This document shows positions 1-5,832 of a stretch of DNA of 7,296 bases, one piece after another. The stretch covers positions 1-7,296 of the forward strand of contig JBHLPL010000098.1 in the NCBI GenBank assembly GCA_048939465.1, given 5' to 3'. The notes beneath the pieces are model-generated. The model was not told the DNA's origin. It saw only the letters and a list, made by a program, of their open reading frames with translations, and ran no database searches. This DNA is from Promethearchaeota archaeon (GTDB lineage: Archaea; Asgardarchaeota; Odinarchaeia; Odinarchaeales; JBHLKK01). The translations under genes and the position numbers were made by a program. Position 1 is the stretch's first letter. Each line of letters begins with the position of its first letter.

Positions 1-500
1 CTTATCTGCCTCACGTGAAGTTCATAAACTTGACCCATTGAACTGATATTATCCCTATTCCCTTGTGGGTTAATATCGTCTTTATTATGCTTGCGCTCTT
101 TATATTTTGTGGATTTGAATGTTGTTGGCAAGAGGCCTATTGAGTGTGGGGGGCTTCTAATCGGGCTTGACTTCGTGTAAGCTCTTCCTATTTCGGCTGA
201 GTTTGATATCAGGAACAAGTTAGCAGCATTAATGATGTTTGCCGTCGTTGTTTCAAAGCATACCCAAAATCCTCTACGGGCACTGTTCAACGCTCAATCT
301 TGTCACCGGCAGATAACGAACACAGTGTGGAATTATTCTTTGAGAAAAGATCACTTTTGATTATTTGACTCTGTGATATTATTCTAGCCAACATTTAAGG
401 ATTTTGAAAGAACTCTTGTACTATTATTTGCTGAGTGTTGCTTCGCATAATATCCCTCTGCTTTTCATTTCTTTTCGAGTTTAGAATGAATATCCCGAAA

Positions 501-516
501 CAAAAAGCTTATTATA
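501..516 (+). promoter_or_regulatory. Putative archaeal promoter (BRE + TATA box) for the epimerase pair
   Basis: CAAAAAGC-TTATTATA at 501-516: an A-rich BRE-like tract followed by a TATA-like box. A start site ~25 nt downstream (~538-542) would precede the RBS-like AGGTG (549-553) and ATG 562. Inferred from consensus only. Confidence 0.55.
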
Positions 517-561
517 CTAATGAGGAGAAACTGGTCCAATACTCCGGTAGGTGCTTCGTTA

Positions 562-1539
562 ATGTTATGGGAGAACAAAAAAGCTTTAGTAACGGGTGGA
601 GCAGGATTTATAGGATCTCATATAGTAAAAAGATTAATAGATTTGAGATGTGAAACCCATGTTGCAGATAACTTTTCAAGAGGAAGAAGAGTAAACATAG
701 AGCCATTTTTGGACAAGATCCACCTCCATACGGTAGACCTAACTAAACTTGAGAATTGCTTGGAGGTCACTAAAGATATAGATTATGCCTTCCACCTAGC
801 CGCCGCGGTAGGCGGCATCCATTATATTAAAAAAGAAAATGTTGAAGGAATGACATCTAGCCTCCTCATGAATGCCAATATGCTAGAGGCTGCCCGGATA
901 AATGATATTGAACGTTTTCTTTTCACAAGCTCTGCGTGTGTATATAGAGGAAAAAGCAGTGAATCTAATAGATTTAAGGAGGATGATGCTTATCCAGCAG
1001 ATCCCCTTACGACTTACGGATGGGCTAAAATCATGGGAGAGATTCAATGCAAGGCCTACTACATAGATTATGGAATAAAGTGTTCAGTCGCCAGATTATT
1101 TAATGTATATGGGGAAAATGAGAATTTAGATCCCCGTTGGTCTCATGTTATTCCTTCCACAATTAGGAAAGCAATTCTGTATCCAAAAGAGGAGTTTAGA
1201 ATATTCGGGGATGGCAAACAAGAGCGCGCTTTTCTATATGTGGATGACTGCGTAGATGGTCTCCTTCTGACCTTAGAAAAAACAGAGGATGCAGATCCCA
1301 TAAATCTAGGAAGCGAGGAGGTTATTTCTGTAAGAGAGCTAGCAAGAAAAATCATTAAACTTTCAGGTAAGAACATTGATTTAAAATACTCTCCATCTGG
1401 TCCTAAGGGAACATCCAGATATTGTGCTGATACTACGAAAATGAAAAGGATTCTAGGATGGAGACCCAAAATCCTCCTGGATGAGGGACTTAGGGAGACT
1501 TATGAATGGGCAAGAAGGGAGTTAAATGTGGAAGGATAA
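562..1539 (+). CDS. NAD-dependent epimerase/dehydratase (extended SDR), GDP-mannose 3,5-epimerase-like, 325 aa
   Basis: Motifs: TGGAGFIGSH Rossmann motif, Asp after beta2 (VADNFSRG), HLAAAVGGIHYI, SSACVY, catalytic YGWAK, RLFNVYG, GDGKQERAFLYVDD, LGWRP. Segments VDLTKLENCLEVT, NMLEAARINDIERF and KEDDAYPADP resemble plant GME as recalled. Start moved from 520 to ATG 562 because of AGGTG at 549-553, the upstream TATA-like box and N-terminal alignment with the next gene (MLWENKKALVTGG vs MWKDKKVLVTGG). Confidence 0.93.
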   Translation: MLWENKKALVTGGAGFIGSHIVKRLIDLRCETHVADNFSRGRRVNIEPFLDKIHLHTVDLTKLENCLEVTKDIDYAFHLAAAVGGIHYIKKENVEGMTSSLLMNANMLEAARINDIERFLFTSSACVYRGKSSESNRFKEDDAYPADPLTTYGWAKIMGEIQCKAYYIDYGIKCSVARLFNVYGENENLDPRWSHVIPSTIRKAILYPKEEFRIFGDGKQERAFLYVDDCVDGLLLTLEKTEDADPINLGSEEVISVRELARKIIKLSGKNIDLKYSPSGPKGTSRYCADTTKMKRILGWRPKILLDEGLRETYEWARRELNVEG

Positions 1540-2584
1540 GAAGGTGCTGGTAACAGGAGGTGCATCCTTCATTGGGAGTCACCTAGTTGATTCCCTCTTG
1601 AAGAAGGGGGCCATCATTGAAGTAGTGGACGATTTTTCAAGCGGAAAACTACAGAACCTAGAATACGGGCGGGGCCTGAAAAAAGGTGAATCAAATCACT
1701 GGACAGCTGAAAATCTGTCTATCTGGAAAGAAGATCTAAAAAAGAAATCTTCAGTCAAATCTATCATGGAAGATACTGAGATAGTATTCCATTTGGCAGC
1801 CTTACACGGAGGAAGAGGATATATCAGTAGCCACCCTGCAGACTGCTGCACAAATATGATACTGGATCAGCTAGTTTTTGAAGAAGCACGTAAAGCAGAT
1901 GTTGAGAGAGTCTGTTTTGCCAGTTCAGCCTGCGTGTATCCACGATATTTGCAGGAACAGGAGGGCTCCACCTATCTCCTTAAAGAGGAAGATTGTAATC
2001 CCTTCGTCAGAGACAAGGCGTTTGCAGATCTGGAATATGGGTGGGCTAAACTTATGGGAGAAATGGCCCTAAGAGCATATCACAAACAATATGGGATGAA
2101 AACGTCATCCGTAAGAATATTCACAGCATATGGCCCTCGAGAGAATGAAACACATGCGATTATCGCACTAATTGCTAAAGCCTTCATAAGAACGGATCCT
2201 TATATCATTTGGGGAACTGGAGGACAAGATAGGAACTTCACTTATGTGCAAGATATAGTTGATGCAATGATGTTGGCTGCCGAGAAGATAGAGGATGGAA
2301 CTCCGGTTAATGCTGGTAGACAGGACAGAATTACAATTAAACAGGCAGCCGAACTAGTTTTTGACATCATTGGATGGCAACCCAAAACGATAGAATATGA
2401 TCTATCCAAACCACAGGGACCTGTTTCAAGGGCAGCTAACTTAAGGAGAGCAACAGAAATCCTAGGTTGGGCACCAAAAGTATCCTACAGAGAGGGATTT
2501 CAGAAGACTATCGAGTGGTACTTCGCTAATAAGAACAGGGAAGAAATTAAAGCAAATCTAGATAATCTCCTCATTGAACGCTAA
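1526..2584 (+). CDS. NAD-dependent epimerase/dehydratase (extended SDR), second GME-like paralogue, 352 aa
   Basis: Motifs: TGGASFIGSH (variant glycine motif), VVDDFSSG, HLAALHGGRGYI, SSACVYP, YGWAK, WGTGGQDRNFTYVQD, LGWAP. ATG 1526 overlaps the previous gene by 14 nt; AAGGGAG at 1515-1521 is RBS-like. Confidence 0.93.
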   Translation: MWKDKKVLVTGGASFIGSHLVDSLLKKGAIIEVVDDFSSGKLQNLEYGRGLKKGESNHWTAENLSIWKEDLKKKSSVKSIMEDTEIVFHLAALHGGRGYISSHPADCCTNMILDQLVFEEARKADVERVCFASSACVYPRYLQEQEGSTYLLKEEDCNPFVRDKAFADLEYGWAKLMGEMALRAYHKQYGMKTSSVRIFTAYGPRENETHAIIALIAKAFIRTDPYIIWGTGGQDRNFTYVQDIVDAMMLAAEKIEDGTPVNAGRQDRITIKQAAELVFDIIGWQPKTIEYDLSKPQGPVSRAANLRRATEILGWAPKVSYREGFQKTIEWYFANKNREEIKANLDNLLIER

Positions 2585-2609
2585 AAGGGCCTTATCATTT
2601 TATCCGCAA

Positions 2610-2641
2610 GAAGACCCCATCCGAAAGGGTGGGTGGTTCAC
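2610..2641 (+). mobile_element. Solo IS200/IS605-family right end (TnpA-type subterminal hairpin); no transposase or tnpB present
   Basis: GAAG-ACCCCATCC-GAAA-GGGTGGGT-GGTTCAC: a guide tetramer, an imperfect hairpin (one bulged C, one G.T pair, 4-nt loop), then terminal TTCAC. Same architecture as recalled for ISDra2/IS608 right ends (GAAT-hairpin-...TCAA). May also act as a terminator between convergent genes. Confidence 0.6.
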
Positions 2642-2668
2642 ATTTCTTGAAGACATGCAGTCGATTTT

Positions 2669-3643
2669 CTAGATTGCAGGATTCTTGATATAATGAATGA
2701 GTTCGGAAATCCCCTCTTCTAGTGTAACGCAGGTATTGTATCCTAAAAGTTTCTCTGCCTTTTCAATAGAGTATTCGAAGTTTTGAGTGTAACTCTCTCC
2801 AGAACGCGGAGAAGTATGGATAACATTTGCAGATTTTCCCAATTCTTTCTTGACAAGGCGCAGGATGTGCCCCGCGTGCTCGTTAATCCTGAAGCTTTTC
2901 CTACCGCCAATATTGAAGACTTCTCCATTTATTATCTTCTCTTTAGCGTTCATACATTTGATTATAGCCCTTGCAACATCTGTTACATGAACGAAATTTC
3001 TTACTTGTTCTCCGGAACCGTAGATTTCTAAGGGTTTTCCTTCAACCGCGGCCTTGACAAAACGTGTGGTGACAGTATTCCCGAGAGTGTAGATTCCAAG
3101 ACCATAAACGTTCGCAAGTCTTAATACTGTCAAGCACAATCCATGGTTCTCATTGTAAGTTTTGACCAACTGTTCGCCTGCAACCTTAGTAATTCCGTAC
3201 AAGCTTAGTGGCCTAAGTTCTCCTTCCTCAATTATCGGACCTTTCCCAGGATTTCCATAAACAGCTGCACTTGAGGCAAAGGCTATTCGTTTCACATCCG
3301 ACTTAGCCGCGAGCTCAAGAACCCTTTGAGTTCCATAAACATTCGTCAAAATAGCATTTCTTGGATCCTTCATACACGGATCCAATCCAGATATTGCAGC
3401 TAAATGAACTATTGTATCAATATCTTCTATGGAATTCCTAACGTCTTCATCTTTTGTAACATCTCCTATGAGAAACTGATACCTTTTGTCTCCTTCAAAT
3501 CTACGTTTTACTTCTGAATATTCGCTACTGCAGTTATTATCTAGAGATCGGATAATACTATTCCTGACAAATCCTTCTTTTCCAAGCATAGATAGAAGAC
3601 AGCTGCCAATGTAGCCTACTCCGCCCGTTACCAGAATATTCAT
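2669..3643 (-). CDS. NAD-dependent epimerase/dehydratase (extended SDR), UDP-glucose 4-epimerase-like, 324 aa
   Basis: Motifs: MNILVTGGVGYIGS, LDN, GDVT, HLAAISG, TNVYGT, ASSAAVYG, catalytic YGITK, RLANVYG, YGSGEQVRNFVHVTDVA. Start reassigned from 3706 to ATG 3643 because GGAGGA (minus strand, 3651-3656) lies 7 nt upstream and the Rossmann fold starts there. Confidence 0.92.
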   Translation of the reverse strand: MNILVTGGVGYIGSCLLSMLGKEGFVRNSIIRSLDNNCSSEYSEVKRRFEGDKRYQFLIGDVTKDEDVRNSIEDIDTIVHLAAISGLDPCMKDPRNAILTNVYGTQRVLELAAKSDVKRIAFASSAAVYGNPGKGPIIEEGELRPLSLYGITKVAGEQLVKTYNENHGLCLTVLRLANVYGLGIYTLGNTVTTRFVKAAVEGKPLEIYGSGEQVRNFVHVTDVARAIIKCMNAKEKIINGEVFNIGGRKSFRINEHAGHILRLVKKELGKSANVIHTSPRSGESYTQNFEYSIEKAEKLLGYNTCVTLEEGISELIHYIKNPAI

Positions 3644-3680
3644 TATTTCTTCCTCCATCTTAATTTTAGAATCAGTAATT

Positions 3681-3695
3681 GATATAATTTTAGTC
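3681..3695 (-). promoter_or_regulatory. Putative TATA/BRE promoter for the minus-strand epimerase
   Basis: Minus strand reads GACTAAAATTATATC. A start ~24 nt downstream (~3658-3660) falls just before the GGAGGA RBS. A second candidate (TTATAT, minus 3736-3741) also exists. Confidence 0.4.
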
Positions 3696-3802
3696 TGCTT
3701 TTTCATGGAAATGGGCTGTTATTAGTTGTTCAACAATATAACCAATTTCGTAAATAGATGCTCCCAAAATCCTTAGATCTAATATGACTTCCTACAACAC
3801 CT

Positions 3803-3847
3803 CTCATTCCACATTTTAAATTGTTACATTAATATGTACTCATTCCA
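3803..3847. repeat. 9-bp direct repeat CTCATTCCA x2 flanking an inverted repeat
   Basis: CTCATTCCA at 3803-3811 and 3839-3847 (36-bp period), each followed by a T run, with TACAT-TAAT-ATGTA (3825-3838) between them. Confidence 0.5.
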
Positions 3848-3916
3848 GTTTTTCAAATCTTATAACCTGTTGTCGTTATTAGATTTAAAGAATCAAAGAA
3901 ACGACATGTGCTTGTC

Positions 3917-3926
3917 TTTAATATAA
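3917..3926 (+). promoter_or_regulatory. Putative TATA box for the GT2 gene
   Basis: TTTAATATAA ends ~37 nt upstream of ATG 3964, a spacing compatible with an archaeal promoter and short leader. Confidence 0.45.
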
Positions 3927-3963
3927 CTAGATACTATGTTTTTGGTGTGACGGCTCCAGTAAG

Positions 3964-5013
3964 ATGATCTCTATGAGAAACTGTCCAGAAGTCAGAATAA
4001 TAATGTTGAACTATAATGGAAGGAAAGACTTAGGCCCGATTTTCGACAAATGCATTCAATCTGTCTTAAACACGGATTATCCAGACTTTGGGTTACTGTT
4101 TGTCGACAATAATTCAGTGGACGACAGCGTGGATCATGTGAGGAAAAGATACGGGAATGATCCTAGGCTTGTTATCCTTCAGCTAGATAAAAACTATGGC
4201 TATGCAAAGGCAAACAATATAGCAGCAAAACGTTATCCTGAATCCGAGTATCTTGCATTCATAAATAATGACATACTGGTCCCTAGGAACTGGCTAAGCA
4301 AGATCATCGAAATATTGGAGCCAGAAATTAGTAGGCAAATGGCTACTCTGTCTCCTGTAATCTACGATAAGAGCGTTGAGAAGTTCATTGGGGGAACATA
4401 CATCGAATACCCTTCGGGTCGGTATTACGTACCGTTATTTGATGATGTGAAACGTCTTCCTGGTCGTATTTTTGAAGTAGATTTTCCGCCTGGTGAATGC
4501 TTCATAATATGCAGGGATGCATTTAGTAAAATTGGTGGGTTTGACGATCAGTATTTCCTATATCACGACGATGGAGATTTGGGATGGAGGCTAAGATTGG
4601 AGGGTTACAAAGTCGCTATGACTACCGAGGTTAGCGTTATTCATTTCAGATCATCTACTGTCAAAAAGGAGTTCGAACTTGCCAAGCAAAAAAGATTTTT
4701 TGAGAGCAACAGACTCAAATCATGTTTAAAAAATCTAGAATTCCGATCTTTAATTGCCCTTCCGATAGTCGAGATATCAACATTTGCTGCAATTTCGATT
4801 CTTGCCTTCTTCAAAAGAAAATATAGACCATGGCCGAGAGGTTATATGCTAGCTATTTGGGACGTTCTTCATAAGCTTACTTTTGAAAAACGCAGAGAAG
4901 TACAGGATAGAAGATTGTTATCTGACAAGGAATTGTTTAAAGGATATTTTAGCAGGGTAAAATTAGCTGGCTCTAAGTGGTTTCTATACGCTCTCTACAG
5001 ACTTATTGCTTAA
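3964..5013 (+). CDS. Glycosyltransferase family 2 (GT-A fold; WbbL/rhamnosyltransferase-like group)
   Basis: Motifs: IIMLNYNG, LFVDNNSVDDS, NYGYAKANN, FINNDIL (DxD position), GECFII, IGGFDDQYFLYHDDGDLGWRLRLEG, VIHFRS; hydrophobic C-terminal stretch. The start could instead be ATG 3973. Confidence 0.92.
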   Translation: MISMRNCPEVRIIMLNYNGRKDLGPIFDKCIQSVLNTDYPDFGLLFVDNNSVDDSVDHVRKRYGNDPRLVILQLDKNYGYAKANNIAAKRYPESEYLAFINNDILVPRNWLSKIIEILEPEISRQMATLSPVIYDKSVEKFIGGTYIEYPSGRYYVPLFDDVKRLPGRIFEVDFPPGECFIICRDAFSKIGGFDDQYFLYHDDGDLGWRLRLEGYKVAMTTEVSVIHFRSSTVKKEFELAKQKRFFESNRLKSCLKNLEFRSLIALPIVEISTFAAISILAFFKRKYRPWPRGYMLAIWDVLHKLTFEKRREVQDRRLLSDKELFKGYFSRVKLAGSKWFLYALYRLIA

Positions 5014-5246
5014 TCGATCAAGGAAACCTCAAAATACTGCTATACCACTTCTCCAAATAGTAAGAAGCTTGTTTTCCTCTTTCAAGTAGCTGCTACCAAA
5101 AACGAAATGAAAGACCCAAGGGTGTACCGACTCTTTGGAGTCCTGGCAATCTCCAAAAGAACATGATAAAAGGCGTAAATGTAGTGATTCATATTGATGC
5201 CCTTCCTAGAAACCATAAATAATTAAGTCGCCTGGCGTATCACTAG

Positions 5247-5459
5247 AGGAAAGATGTTGTGGCAGTTGATGCTGTTTGTGCTAGTATCATGGGTTTTAGA
5301 CCTCAATCCATTAGGCATATAGAAAAGGCAGCCTTGGTGTGTATGGGTTCTCTAGAATATAAGATTGAGGGTGAAGATGTCGAAAGTGTCAAAAAGGATT
5401 TTGAAATAAGTAGAATTGAAATGAGAATCCTGAGACGTGTTTCTTTACTTCAGAGATAA
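5247..5459 (+). pseudogene. C-terminal remnant of a DUF362-family protein
   Basis: The frame reads RKDVVAVDAVCASIMGFRPQSIRHIEKAALVCMGSLEYKIEGEDVESVKKDF, matching the recalled DUF362 C-terminal pattern D-x-VAVD-A-x-x-A-x-IMG-x-x-P-x-x-I-x-H-I-x-x-A...G...I-x-G. In-frame stops lie upstream (TAG 5244-5246, TAA 5220-5222) and there is no plausible full N-terminus. Confidence 0.65.
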
Positions 5460-5753
5460 GCTCAGCTTCAGTTTAGACAAGCCTAGAGAAAATATCCTTT
5501 AGATATGCTTGCTTACTAGTATTGATTTTGAAGAATGCATCTAATCGTCGGAGGATTTCTACATTCAGTATTAGGAAGCAAAGTAAATTTGGCAATCGTA
5601 TTGCCTTTTCAGATAACAGTCTATTCTCCTTACGCCTAGATGAGAGACTTCTTGGTTCCAACAATAGATTTATTTGCCAATAAACCTGTTCTGGACGTAT
5701 TGGTCAATATGCCACTGGATGATGTGACTAAAAGATAAGAAAAGACTGACAAT

Positions 5754-5813
5754 TCTTGGGATAGTTGGTGGTGAAGAACTACCCCCAAGAGACTGTCGCT
5801 GGGGACAGAGTCT
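5754..5813. repeat. Adjacent imperfect inverted repeats upstream of the flippase
   Basis: TCTTGGG (5754-5760) pairs with CCCAAGA (5784-5790), and TAGTT (5762-5766) with AACTA (5777-5781). A second stem pairs AGAC-TGTC (5790-5797) with GACA-ga-GTCT (5804-5813). Confidence 0.45.
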
Positions 5814-5832
5814 AGTCTAATGGTGAGGGATC

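Noticed and set aside
146-168. GGGGGGCTTC / GGGCTT repeat resembling the GAAGCCCC foot of an IS605 end on the minus strand
   Set aside because: No complementary arm or TCAC/TCAA terminus follows, so it gives no evidence for a partner end of the element at 2610-2641.
321-358. Short palindromes CACA-G-TGTG (321-329) and AAAAG-ATCA-CTTTT (345-358)
   Set aside because: 4-5 bp arms are expected by chance.
520-561. N-terminal extension of the first epimerase from ATG 520
   Set aside because: ATG 520 lies 3 nt after the TATA-like box. The RBS and paralogue alignment favour ATG 562.
435-653. 72-aa plus-strand ORF
   Set aside because: It overlaps the promoter-like element and the start of the first epimerase in another frame, with no recognisable motif; treated as a shadow ORF.
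1143-1469. 108-aa minus-strand ORF
   Set aside because: Fully antisense to a well-supported SDR gene, with no motifs.
1878-2072. 64-aa plus-strand ORF
   Set aside because: Alternative frame inside the second epimerase; no support.
2743-3031. ORFs 2743-2928 (-) and 2783-3031 (+)
   Set aside because: Both lie inside the minus-strand epimerase; short and motif-free.
3644-3706. N-terminal extension of the minus-strand epimerase from ATG 3706
   Set aside because: A strong GGAGGA and a TATA candidate support ATG 3643. The extension is AT-rich and promoter-like, though not fully excluded.
5473-5664. 63-aa minus-strand ORF (TTG start)
   Set aside because: No RBS or recognisable domain, and competing open frames of similar length occur on both strands, so it cannot be supported as a gene. 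It could be part of another unrecognised remnant.
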